NCBI GenBank assembly: GCA_973851085.1
Contig: OZ316775.1
Coordinates: forward strand, 16,492,001 to 16,556,000
Direction: 5' to 3'
Origin: Ptychomitrium polyphyllum
Taxonomy: Eukaryota
DNA: 64,000 nt
Under the pieces are notes generated by a model that did no database searches, was not told where the DNA came from, and saw only the letters and a list, made by a program, of their open reading frames with translations. The position numbers and the translations under genes were made by a program. Shown one piece after another: positions 29,891 to 47,483 of this stretch; position 1 is the first letter of the stretch, and the number at the start of each line of letters is the position of its first letter.

Positions 29891-31483
29891 ATGGCCATGG
29901 CTATGGCCACCATCGCCGCGCTCCCGCTCTCAAATGATCACGCCCTTACGCTACGGCGTCACGGCGTCGTCGCCGCGTTGCAGAACAGGTCGATTTCCGC
30001 ATCCTCCACTCACTTTTTCTGCACTGAGGTTTCGGTCAGCGCTTTCTGCAGACGGCAGCAGCTATGGCGTGGGAATGTCGACGGGCGAATGCTGTCCACA
30101 GCGACAACTTGCCAATCGGAGGATGAAACGAAAACGCCGCCGACTGCTGATGCGAGCCCTCTTGTGAAGATGGCGTGGTATGGTAGTGAGGCGTTCGGGA
30201 AAGTGGTGGCCGCGTTTCGACCGAGCTCTGGCAGCGCGGAATCGGAGGAGGAGGCGGTGTATGTCGGCTCTGTGCCTAGGAGTGAGGTTGTGGAGCTCAT
30301 AAGGAAGGATTACGAGCGTTCTTACTTTGTTACTGGTGAGCTCCGGCTTTTGATGTATTCCATTTATGGCGATTTGAGGTTCCTGGTAGCAACGAAGAGG
30401 ATATGGAACACGGTGTAGGCGTGGTGAAGATGTGAGGTACTCTATGTTTGTCTGTGCAACGCCAGCTTTTGCTGCAGGATTTCCAATTGTGATTAGTATT
30501 GTTGTTGCCAATACTGCTAGGATGCTAAATGGCTGGTCTAATCTGCAGCTCTTATTTTTTTCATGTCACTGCGCTCGTAGGGAACATGAATATGGGGATA
30601 TATGAAGCTGACTGTGAGTTTGCGGATCCCTTTGTATCATTCAAAGGTCTGAAGAGGTTCAAGCAAAATGTTAGTAACTTGGGATCATTTATGGAGGAAT
30701 CTAGCTTGAAAATAATCGATTGGCAAGAATACGAGGTACGCAATCTATAGTACTTACATTTTCATTATCTGATGTGGTTTTCTTGGAATTATAAGATTAC
30801 AAATTCATAGAATTGCTTCTATTTCGTTTCTGTTTCAGCTGCAATTAATCCTCACAATCTGTTTTGTTGTTTTATTTGTTCAGGATAGCATATATGCCAA
30901 GTGGCGATTCAATTGTGTCTTAGGACTCCCTTGGCGTCCCATTCTAGCAGGTATGATTAACAGTTTATCGAACAGTTTAATGATGGTTTCTTATGTGGCA
31001 TGCTCATCCATTACCAGGAGAATTGCTGCAATTTGTTGTTCCTGCATCTTTTCCATACCGAGAGATTGAGATTCTGTATTTTCTGACTCTAATATTTGGA
31101 ATCACGGTATTCTTTTCCGATTGTTACAGCAACTGGGAGCACGGAGTACTTCTTTAATAGCAATTCCGGCAAAATTTGCAAGTAAGTTCCTCGAATCTCC
31201 TCTGCATCATTTCTAAACTTCATTGGTAGAGAATGCTTATTTGGCCGGGGATTTTTTACAGCTTAAAAGATGAAATCAAGAAACACATTTGCATGCTTTT
31301 GCAAGAGAAAACTTAGAGGGTGTTTTTGGGAATTTAGATGCTAATTCATGACCTTAAAATAAGATCGATTCACGATGTTGTGTTCATTTTCACAGGCACG
31401 TTGAGAACTGGGATATTTCGCCTGCTGATGGGGTCCGCCAACTATTCAAACCCAATCCTAAGCGAAAGAAGAACAGCTCTTAA
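29891..31483 (+). CDS. NTF2/SnoaL-like (DUF2358-type) protein with probable plastid transit peptide (268 aa, 5 exons)
   Basis: Exons 29891-30335, 30581-30735, 30884-30950, 31130-31181, 31396-31483 in phase. DYERSYFVTG, IYEADCEFADPFVSFKGLKRFK, WRFNCVLGLPWRPILAATGSTEYFF, GKICKHVENW; Ala/Ser/Arg-rich N-terminus. Confidence 0.88.
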
Positions 31484-32509
31484 TCCAATTAATTAAATTG
31501 TGAAATAGACTTGGCATATATTGCTTAGAGTATGTAGTTGAGAGTTTCTTCCACTGATCACATCCAAGTTGTATATGAAACCTGTAACAATAGTCATGAT
31601 TCGCTCCAGCATTAAAATAGAAGTTGGAGTTCTTCTTGGTTCTTGTAATATGTCTTCTGTAGACTACTGATTATTTTCAAATCCGTATGGTGTACGAATT
31701 TTTTGGAACTTGTGGGTCTTGGTGGTATCCCAGCACGAGGTATTGAAAATGGTGAGTTGCCTTTCTCCAGTTCACACTTGATAGTAAACTCGGATGTGCT
31801 TCTGGTCAAAGTAGGTGATATCAGCACCTTGGCTGATTCGAGTGTAATTGATCAGCTCATTTAGTCTTCGTGACAAGTGCAACCAAATGCAGCAGCTTTG
31901 CTCATTTGTCAAGCCCTTTGGGCGAAGTTTAATGTTGTGGGCAGGAAAGTGACACATGTGAGGTAATTTGAGACCGCAGTTTGTATTCTTCCTACTTGGT
32001 GCATAGTAACCTTTCCCTCTGTACAAGATACCACCAGATGAAGCATACTGGTTGAATGATTTCCGTGTTACAAGACTGCGAGAAAGTGGTGTGCACAACG
32101 GTGCTTCTGGCCATAACAGCACTTGTGATTGTGATCATTTCTTTGAGACTGCTGTAGCAAAATAAAACCAAGGAGACACACTGTGCAACTTGTCACATCA
32201 TGTCATATCGTCTAGTTCACAATGTATTGCTGAAACCACAATTGGCAATTCCATCTGTACTCGAAGAAACATAATAATTTTTTTGTGCTGTAGAACATAG
32301 TACCACAAAGTTGTCGTGCAAATCCATTCGTGCACAGGAACATTTAAGTAGTGACACTTGGTTCCAGTATGTTACAAGCATCAGTGACAGCTACAATTTG
32401 GAATTACACCCTACATGAAACAATGAGTTTGTTATTGCACTGGTCTAACAAAGGTGCAAAGAACAGAAATTATGAGTACATTATGGCACAAATTCCTCTA
32501 CTATGCAAA

Positions 32510-33766
32510 TCAAAGAATGAGGTAGGGGGCCAAGCTGTACACCGCAATAAGTGAGGAAATCAATATACAGAAGAACGACAAGAAAGTGAAAGCCACCGCC
32601 GCTTCTGCATGTCCGCAAAACACAGTGATATGTCCATCTCTGCAACCGTTGCCATAATCGTCAAGAACTCCGTTGCGGTTGATCAACAGCGCAACCGAAG
32701 CTCCAGCAGCTCCGGCGGCCATGAGTAGGAATGCAAACAGCTGCTCACAACACGAAAGATCACAATCACACTTAAAAATCTCGATGCTTGGTAGACATAT
32801 TGCGTATCGAAAAACTCTTCAAATCTAAAAAGGCAAGAAGTTGGACGAAACGCTGTTTACCTGATCACAACCAAATGTGATGTACAAGTACAGTTTAGCG
32901 GGAGCATTTCCGGACACCAGAAAAATGATGCTCAAAATAATTTGCCCCAAAGTATATAAAACCACCAGCACGTTCATTGCCAGGACAAAGCTGTAGACAT
33001 CCAAATTGAGTGTGAGCTTCTCGTTTAAGGGAACACAGGATGTACATGATCCGTACCCAGAATACCATGTAAAAAGAATATTCGAAAAAAGCGATTCGAA
33101 CTCCAGATTCACAGAATTCTTGTAAACAGTCAAAATTACATAACATTCTTTAGTATTAGAGAGCAGCACCCATGTGGTCAAGAGAGAGCCAAAACCGTTT
33201 AATCGTTCATATGATCTTTGAAAGCAAAAGCCATTGGCTTGAAAGAGCAAGATTTGTCATACTTCAGTTCTACTTAGGAGGATTTCTAAAATCAAAGGAC
33301 TCTTCTCATATTGAATACTAGGAGATGAGCAAGGGCTCTAAGGATTGTCATGTACCACTTAAAAGAGCACTTGATAGAGGTTCTTCAAACCCTAAATCCA
33401 CAGAATTCATTCAAGCGTTTCCGTTGTTAGGTCCACAGAATTTGTTGGCAATACCATGTGAAAGCTTGTGGTATACGATGCTCACCTGTACGAGGTGAAA
33501 TTGCTGAAAACCGCACCGTTTTGGTCCGCGGATGCCATTAAGCTAAAAGCAATCACACTGAAGACAAACTCCGACACCCGCAGTCCCAAATTGAGACCCG
33601 AAATGTGGTTGATGTTCTTCTTCACTGCCTGCAATGCCGGGCTCGGCGTTTGAGTGTAGTAACGCCCGTCCGGTGCCACCTCCGCCCCGTTCCCAGCCGT
33701 CGCAGCTCCCTGTTCCATCCCCGCAGCAGCCCCTTCTGTCCTGCGCTCCGGCTTCTCTGGATCCAT
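32510..33766 (-). CDS. CASP-like (DUF588/MARVEL-type) 4-TM protein (213 aa, 3 exons)
   Basis: Exons 33766-33486, 32990-32861, 32740-32510. LGLRVSEFVFSVIAFSLMA, FSNFTSYSFVLAMN, FGCDQLFAFLLMAAGAAG, FCGHAEAAVAFTFLSF are typical CASPL motifs. Confidence 0.9.
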
Positions 33767-36700
33767 TTCTCAACTCAATCTGCCCCCAGGTCTTCAACTC
33801 CCGAGCTCACACACCCACAGATCCTCCCGCGCTGCTTGTCGTCACCCTGTCAATCCAACGTATCAACCTCTAGCTCACAACACATCAAGACCCGCAATTC
33901 TGGAATCTCAGACAACTCTGCCACTAGACCCCGTCACATTCTTTCACACCCAGGTAGAACTAGACTAGTGCTCCCACAGATCAGATCTACTAGTATCTGA
34001 ACAGGGCAGGACGGCGCATTCCGCACATGCAGTAAGTTCTCGTTTCAACCACTCAAGCTTGGCTACTAGTCTGCTAGGCATTCTCATTGACTCCGTGAAA
34101 GCAGCAACAACTTCGGACCGACGAAAGCTCCGAGCAGATCTACGCGCACAAATGCAGCAGCACGGAAGCCGCAACGCACTGCGTTACATGCACAGTGGAC
34201 GGGAAGCGTGAATGCAAGAGACAGAGCGATCACTAACTCTGGAAGTCACTAACACAAAGGTCCAGTGTGGTTGCTAGGAAGGTGCTCGAAGTTTACCATC
34301 GACAGGCTACGTCCTGTCTACCGCTCTAACAACACACTCCACCGACACCTTCATCGCTAACCACCATTCTCATGTGCTTGGCTCACCCTGCCTGAAAGTC
34401 TTCTTGCCCAAATTACTGTCGCTCCCCCCAACAAGCCTGAGGGCCGCTTCACACCTTGTCTTGATTTGTCCTGTGGTGGAAGAGGGGACTTCGGAAACAA
34501 TTTCAGCTTAAGATAAGGGTGTTTCAGCTTTAAGTAGAACAGCTTTAGATAGAAGAGAAGAAAATATGAAAAAATATTAAAATAATTGGGAATGGTCTTT
34601 TCTCTTGGACAACTTTTGGGTCACCATTTTGAGAGTGTTTTTAAAAATTGTTAATGGGAAAGGACCTTCACCCATTAATTGTTGCTGTATGAACAACCAA
34701 TTTATTTTTTCATTTGTATTTATATTGCTTATCCTATGGGCAATGGACAAGGTGTAAAGCTCTACAAGGAAACTTGAAAATTTTGGTCAATCATATTATT
34801 AGAGTTTTTTAAATATGTTAGAAATCTTTTATCATGTAGGTGATGAGATAAGGTGTGAAGCGGCCCTACGATATTCTAAAGTCATTTATTTTGGCACAAT
34901 ATACCTCATTAGAATATGAACCAATTCTAAATCACTTACGGCTTTTTTATTTTGAAAATTTTAAATTTATTTTCTTCAAAAGTTAATACAAAGGTTATGA
35001 ATTACTATGAATTTCTACAAAAAAAACTTTACGATCTTGAAGTAGACTTGATTGAGTACTTTTCCAAAAACTTAAAAAAAAAATCTGATTACTTAAAGCT
35101 AAGATTGTACCATTTGATGAACAAAAAATATTGTAAAGATATGTTGCTTAAATATAAAAAGCAAAGTTTAAGACACAAGTAGGAATTGTTCAAATAACAT
35201 GAATTTTTTTATAATAAATGCATGCAGATTTACAATACACCCAATTAATTTTAAATGAAAAAAAATTAATAAGCAAGAAAATATGATACTTGAAGTAGAA
35301 TTGACTTAGATCCAAAAAATGAGATGAAGGAAGGATTTATATCTTGGATAGTGGCGGTTTTAAGAAGTGTAAGATAGGCAAGATGGATGCTTGGCAAAAA
35401 ATATAAAATTGTGGTTTATAATAAATTTTTGACTACTGCCATCTATTATGTAACTTTCTTGCAATATTGAATTTTGTCTTCATGTCTTGCACTTCAACAA
35501 ACTATTGCATGATCTTCATGGCTACTACTTCATTAGTTCTTATGAATTTAGAGCTAAGTCCCTTCAATTGGCTACCTTATTTTGCAATTTTTTCTTTTGT
35601 TCAAATTAACATGTGCCTTCTTGGAATTATGCATTTTTCTTTTATGCCAAGAAATTTTGGCTTAATATTCTTTGAACTTCTATAAAAAATACTTGAGTTT
35701 TCTGCAAGCTCTAATGCATGGCAATTTTGTAGGATTAATTTTTTTCTTTTTCAAAATATAAAGGTCAATAATTAAAAACCTTTAAAACTAATTTTATTTC
35801 ATTAATATGGTGTGAGAATGTTTACTTTGGGCTAGATAGGCATTTAATGGCTAAGACAAATTTTTATTCAAAATTTGATGTAGGAAAGTTATAGATTGTG
35901 TTATATATGAATGCATGTAGTTTAATTTAAACATTGAAGACGTATAATAATAAAGCACGACAAAGTGTATAGAAGGATAAATTTTTTATAATGGATCCAT
36001 TCAAGATAAGGATTAAATTAAATATAATGGATCTTTTGTTACATGGTTAATATGATGCCTTAGACTAAAATTATATTATAAAATATTAAGAAAAAATGCA
36101 AGCAAAGAATATAAAATTTTCCAAAATAAATTATATTAATAATAGCCTTTAATGAATATTACATTGCAAGATTAGGCTATTGTAGATTAAATATTAAACG
36201 TTAGAAGGCTAGAATTTTTTTACTTTAAGAACATTATTGCATTTGAACTTACATGTGTTCATATAAAAATGAAATATAAAAATCTTAATTGTATAAATTT
36301 GAAATGGAATTGTTGTAAATGAAATAAACTAAATTTAAATATTGAAGGCCACATGGATTGAACAATCATAATGTTTCTACAACAAAAAATGGTTCTAAAA
36401 TTTAATAAACGGCAATTTGGAATTTAAAGTCTAGTGTTAAATTACTCCAATAAAACTATATTTAATGACAAATTAAATATTATTAAGCATCATCTTATGA
36501 ATTCAATTGTTCATAAAAATATAATTAGAATGAACTAATGTTCTTCCAAATGGCCTTGCAATGTCAAAAATTGGATGAAATTTTACAATGTAAAAAATGT
36601 CCTAATTTTAAACTTCATGATTGAAGGTAGGTCCCCTCAATGAACACTAGGGTATACTGTTTAGTAGTTTCTTTCTCTTTTTACACAAAAACTATAATTG

Positions 36701-38494
36701 ATTTGAAATTTCACTCACTTTGAAATGATTTATTCAAAGATAATGAAACTATTTCTCAAAATTTCAATCATCTAAAGCCCCAAAATTTGTAAGTCTGATC
36801 CAACCACAAAAACCATTTTCTTTCATTCTATGTTTTCTTCACTTTTGATCAAACTCACACTTTCAATTCTGTGTAGTATAGGCCAATTATCACCCGTTTA
36901 GAACCCAATGGCTCAAAGGCAACACTATCCACACTCCTCTCGTTCAAGGACTTGTAAGGCGCCCTTATAAAGAAGGAAAGATGCAGAGAACAATGCTGTG
37001 CACGCCGTGTAGACAACACAAACTACACAGAGGTGCAGGTAGTCTGCTTGCTGAGAAAAGGTGCTGTCGGTGGCACCAGCATATTTGCTTCGGAGTTTGG
37101 TCCCTTCCTACTTCAGAGTCCACAGCCTAGTAGCACAGCAGAGGAAGGCCAGGAAGGTTTTGCAGCGCTACAGCGTTGTGTCTAACCGAGTAGTATGTAC
37201 CGAAGGTTTGTATCCTGTATTAGCTCAGATGAGCTCTCGTCAGGTAAACTTTCTAATCTGGTGGCTGCTGAAACGATCTTAGTCACGGTACATATCCTTT
37301 TTTCGTAACCAAACTCATTTTATGTTGTTGTCTAGACATTCTTTTAACCATTTTTTTCCCTCAGTGGTGTCATGTTACTCCCTCTGCGTCTATGGTTGTC
37401 CGGATGTCGGTACAAGGTTACTTGAGTTATCTTTCCACAGTATAAGCCGGTGTGTATTTGTTAAGTGATCAGTGTTTCTATATTTGCCCTTGATGTGTTT
37501 GTCATTCGCTTGAAAAAAATGACGTCTGTTTGGTGGAATTGTAGAGGATTTGAGGAAACGGATGTATGTAACATGGAAGCATGTACACACGAGTGTTAGA
37601 AAGTGAAAGGCTTTGAGATCACATCGGAGTTGTTGGGCGGAGGCTTCTTCAGCTTGACAGGTGGTTTGTGTCGGCTACACTCCGAGTTGTGTGCCTTGAT
37701 TAGGCATATTTTATCAGGTCTTAGCGTGTATCGCTAATCTGCAAAGCTGTAAATCAGTTTAGGTGCAGATCATAAGAAAGATCATAAGAAACATTCTGCG
37801 TTTGGTTTTTGAAGGGTAGAATTGCTATTTGCTTCTGCATAACATTATTTAGTAGGGTAACCCCACCTTTTCGTAACATGCTATGATCAGAAGCAAATGT
37901 ACGTCAACATTAGATGAAGCTCTGAGCCATTCATTTTAGGGTGACCAGTTGCCTTTGCTAAAGAATATTATGTAGCTCAGAACTAGATGCTCATTTTTCA
38001 CAATTGCTTATCTTCCTTGACTAGTTACTGCAGCGTCATAGTCAGTGATTTCTCATAGTGCTCTCATTTTCCTAGCCTGTTAGACTCGAATCTTGGCCTA
38101 TCGATCCATCTTCTCCGGAATTGCTGAATAGCAGTTGACGGGTTCAAATTAAGAGACGACGTAAGAATGGCGCGCGAGGACAAAAGAGCACGTAAAGTCT
38201 GTGGAAGTAAATTTTGTACGGACCAGTAATGGCTCCAGAAGTGTCCTCGACCTTGAGCCTGACACTACTACCGCTAGTGAGAACTCCAATTTTTTTTACT
38301 ATGAAGGAAGAATTGAGCAGCACCATTACCAAAGACTCCACTGGTTGTACAACATTATCAGATCCCGCACCTTCGTCCACAGAGTACGTCTCGATGTGCA
38401 TTCAGTCGATGCTAGAGAGCAGGACTGATTTTGCTTCTAGCTTGGAGGCTGAGATGGAATCGTCGAAAGAGGACTGAAGTGAGTTGCAATTAGC

Positions 38495-39180
38495 AGGGTG
38501 AATGTGCTACTTTGATATGCGGTGGAATGATACTGAAGGACGAGAGGTTCGCGTTCTCAATGTATTGGTAGTGGGGTGATTTGCGGAAAGTCATTGATCT
38601 GAGGATGATACACAATCGCAACCAAGCTCCCCTTTCAGAAATTCGACATCATTAAGGATCATGTATGATATTGCAAGAGGAATGGGGGCGTTGCACCAAG
38701 ACAACATTGTGCACCGAGACCTCAAAGCATCGAATGTGCTAATTGGGTCAGAAAAGGGGCAAGAAAATCCTAATTTACCTAAAAGTTGGTTTCGTTCTCC
38801 GACCTGAATTTAATCCAATTTGGGATGACAAGTTCATGCCTTTTGTGGCCCATTTTGAGTGCTTGCTTGGGGTTTGGGGGACTAGATTTTGAAGAGCTCC
38901 TGAGATACTGCTTGTGGTGAAGACTTGGCATGTTCAGGCAAGCCTGTTTACAGAAAAATCGGATGTCTATAGCTATGCAATTACTTGGTATGAGATCTTA
39001 ACTCGTAAGGTTCCTTAGAAGATCTGAAACTTAATGATTATGATGCTGTACTACTTCAAGGTGCAAGACCCATGCTACCGGTGTAAAACCTTGAATTAAG
39101 TCATTGTCAACTAGATGTTAAAATCTTGAGCTTTTTAAAATGCCTTCACGTAAAGAAATAGTGGAGAAATTTAATGACCA
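38495..39180 (+). pseudogene. Decayed protein kinase
   Basis: WGDLRKVIDLRM; MYDIARGMGALHQDNIVHRDLKASNVLI (HRD at 38712); VAHFECLLGVWGTRF*RAPEIL (DF lost, TGA 38890-38892); FTEKSDVYSYAITWYEILTRKVP* (TAG 39016-39018). Further stops and frameshifts present. Boundaries approximate. Confidence 0.85.
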
Positions 39181-42100
39181 TTTGAAGAAAGATTTGAGGA
39201 AATTCGTAGGATCTCATAAATGTTGGTCAAAATAGATCTCAAACTTGTTTGGAAGAGCTTTTCACGAAGATCAGGGACCACTAGACCATTGATTGATGCA
39301 TTGCTCCTAGCACATATTGTTAATGTTACTATTTCCTGTATATTTTACAGTGAAGAAAGCGTGTTGTGCTGATTCGTCTACATCATCCTATAATCTATCT
39401 ATCTTTTCCAATCAGGAGTGAACATGGCTTTGAATTTTTGCTGCTTGTGCAACAAGAATCAAACTGTTGATCAATTTGAATTCTTCTGAAGTGATCTCTA
39501 TATTCCAGTGTTAAACAATGCGACCAAAAGATTTAGCAGAAGCAACAAGCAGGATAAAGTCCTGACTTGTCCATACAAAGCCCGACATCTTTTACTGGTC
39601 ACATAGTCATCCTTACTTTTGGTATCAACAAGGTGCAACTCTCCCTCTACTCTCATTGCTCTAACCATGCATTGCAGACTGTATTCTTCAACGAAAGCCC
39701 AAATTTATATTGTTACCTCGTTCTAACACTCTACACTCTTACTGAAGGCACGGGGATGGGGTAATAGCTCTGATAGCTTCCTGCAACTTTGATTATTTAT
39801 AGACATGCTTGACTTCAATGATGTAGAGAAGCAAGTGCTGCACAGAAACTACCTGAGCTGGTAGCTACTACCTGAAATGCAACTTCACTGGATTGCAAGA
39901 GCATCTGTTTCTCTTCCTGTCCTGTAGGGCGTGTTGTTTTATCTACACAATAGCTCATCCGATAGCTATTTTTTGCGCCTCCAAGGTTGATATACTCCTA
40001 CTTCAGTCGTGAAACAGCTACTAAAGAATAATTAACTAAAAAAATCAAGTGAAGGAGCATCACTCTGTCGGACCCTTGCTTCTTCTTTAAGAGCCATCTG
40101 GCCTGTTCAAGAACATTTCTGGTCTGTGACGTTTACAGTAACACGCAACTTCAGTGTCCCAGCCTGCTTGACGCTTGAGAAATGCAAAATTTACGCCAGC
40201 TGAGGGAAGTGGTCATCTAATCATGTCCCAAATAGTTTTAGTCTGCTGAAACGCGGAAATGGCTGAGCAATCAATGGTGAACTTAGTGAAATTCTCGTTC
40301 AGCAGAGCTGTCTCTTGGTTAAGAATATTTACAGCGATGGAAACGTACATAGTGGACGACACAGAGGGGATGAACATAACTGAGGGACCTAATACACGCA
40401 TAGAAGTAACTGCAAACAAATCTGCGTAACCAGAAACCAAAACACAATACCGCTTGGATATTACCCGCAAAAACGTGTATCTCTGACAAATCAGGGATGA
40501 AGTGCACTTATCTCAGTTGCAATCTCATCGCTTGCAAGAGACGCTAGTCTGCATTTGGCCTTCAAGACACTGCAGTTGCTCTGTAATCCATCCAGGTGCT
40601 CCTTAATCGATGTACTCACAAAAGCCAACCCACCAATCGTCAGCACCATATAAGATTCGAAGACCACTACACATTTCACTCCATATAATCTAAAAATTTA
40701 AGATGATTGAAATCAAGCACTACAACAATAACCTCTGGCAGGTAAAAACTGAGACGATGTGGGACGTATTTTCAGTGTAGCAATGTATTTCGTTGAGAAG
40801 TTGTTGACGTTGAGAGCAGCATGTAAATGATGGTGAAAGACGTATCTAGCAGTAGCTCGAGCTTCCTCTTCTTCAATTCGAGCTTGTGCTAAATTTGTTC
40901 CTCAGCGCCTTCAGCTCCTCATCAATAAGGTTGGATTCCTGTGCATGTAAGACACGCTGTTCCTTGGCTTTCATCTTCTCGCACAAACCTGTTTGTTACC
41001 GATAAGTGAGGCAGAATACAGTTGTTACTGGATAAGGGAACTGAACCTATGGAGACGAGCAAACGCGTAATTATGACTATATTGCTGGACTAAGCAGCAG
41101 AACACCTCCTGCACTGACTTAGACTATTATGTGATTAAGAATAGTTACCAAGGAACTGAGTAACTAGTTAACAGAGTCATCAGCAGTTAAATTTCGATTC
41201 ATCAAGAGAGAGCTTCAACTGAAGAATGATAATCGGGTGCACCAACCTTACAAAGTGCATTCTCCCCTCCCGACTTCACTGGTTTACAACATAACAACCG
41301 TGTTGCACTAGGGTTTCACACCAGCATCAACCGGGCATCATATCAATATCGCCTAGGTATCAATGACAAAGTCGACATTGTAAACTGCTTGAGAGGCTCC
41401 TTGCGGAAAGAGGACACAAAATGGAAGAGGACTTGATTTACTAAAGAGAGATGGGAGCAAGGCGGACACAACTATGAGAAAAAATTTGCAAATGATGTTT
41501 TTGTATAAGGTGTAGCATAGTATTCTTTATGAATGTAGTTTTGTATTATAATATAGAGTAGTAAAACAAAAAAATATTATTATTCAACATTGTGTGCAAA
41601 GTTTGTATCCAAGTGCTAAATTACATATACATTAATATCACAGACATATATATGAAGTTTCTAAGAAAGTTTCTAGAAAGTTTAGGCATCTTTAGTCTTA
41701 ACAACACATTTCTCATGATAAACTTAGATGTTTTGGCCTTGTACCTTGTAGTGATTCCTTGTTCTTATGATAAAATCCACTTATTTTTTAATTTTTTTTT
41801 GAATTCTTGCCTTCTATTTCTATATGTAACAACTAAAATATTAATTTAGATGTTTTAGTAATATCAAACATTTTGCTTCAAATTGATAACAATAACAAAA
41901 TATCACCTTACATGTAATATGGATGTATGAAATTATATTCTTGGTGCAAATTAGTTCCAAAATTCAAAAATATCAACGCAAACCATACTTGTATTGTATT
42001 CAAAATTCAAAGTTAATTAAAAGATAATTTTTATTTTTGAAATTCTATGACTTATTATGTAGGAACATTCTTTAGCCAAAACTATTTTTATTAAGTAATT

Positions 42101-43504
42101 CTTTCTAAATATAAAGTTTACATTCTTCTATTAGAAAGTGGGCCATGGTTTCATTGCATCTATATAATTGTACTTCGTAAATGAATATAAATGATCAACC
42201 ATCCTTTAACCTAATTTTGATAAGTTAAGGATTTTAAAATCCTACCTTGTTTTTATGGCTCTATTTTTATTTCCATGAATTTTTCTACAAACTCATGTGA
42301 AATGTCAATAAGATGAGTGCGCAATAAAATGAAGTATATTGGCTGCAATATTGGACTAAAGGATTATTAATAAGGTATTGTTGTGATTGATAATTTGGTT
42401 GAAGCAAAAAGAATTCAACATGTATCTATATTTGTATTGGCATAGGCATGCTCTAAAGAAGAATGCAAAATTAATCTTTGACTATTCTACAAACTAATGT
42501 TTAAAACAACCATTTTAATGGATCAAATCTATAAGTCACCAACCTGTATTCTTTGCTACCATTATACTAACAATTTTGACAAACTAAGATCATGAAAATT
42601 TAATCATTTTAGAATATTCTTATTTATTACTAAGAGCTTTTGGAAGTTAGTGAAATATTCATAACTTCTTAATATACTTCCAGAAAACTTAACAAAAGTT
42701 CTTATAGCATAAATAGTAGAGTATTGACAATCTTGCATTGTAATTTTCTAGTGATTTTGTTTCCTCTTTTGTGGTTGGTGAAGGGTTTTGATTTTGGTTT
42801 ATTTTAGAAAGTGCACTTGCAAGATGTGGAAAGGGCTGACCAAACCCTAAATCTAGATCTTGATTTCTACATCAGCAAAGAATATAACCAAAAACGGGGC
42901 CTAAAGGAAGACAAACAGGTAGGATCAAAACATACGAGTCAGAGCAATAAAAAAGGGAGCCCATTGGAAGAAGAAAAAGGGACTTGGATTGGAAAAAAGC
43001 AGGGGCAGAGGATATGCAAGAAGGAAGAATACAAAAGGGGTACATGATATCATCTTCACATGTAGGACTTAGTTAAAAGAAGAGGGCAAAGTAGCACAAT
43101 GATGAGGGTGAGTGAGCTGGCAGGGTATGAATCTGCAGCTAAAATAAGGAGATATGGAGAACATAGCGGAATGCTATACTATAGGGGAAAAAAAAAAAAG
43201 ATTTGAAGTACAAAACACACGTAGTAAGTGAGCAACACACAAGTGAGGGGTACCCACAATAAACGATACCAAGATACAGGACTATCCAAAGCAATAACAA
43301 GTGGAGGGTACAACAATGAAGAAGCAATAAAAAAAAAGACAATTGCACGATTCTCTACTAACCAAGATACCATTCTCAGGACGCATTCATAGTCAAAGTA
43401 ATAACAAAAAGACAGAATTATGCAACCCACTCAAGTTGAATTAAACAAATGTAGAAATTTTTAAAAAGTAATTAATTTCTTCTCTGTCCTCCCCTAAGTA
43501 TTCT

Positions 43505-47483
<3,979 letters not shown>

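Noticed and set aside
42780..43430. Purine-rich segment resembling an LTR remnant
   Set aside because: No paired LTR, PBS, PPT or retroelement coding motif could be shown.
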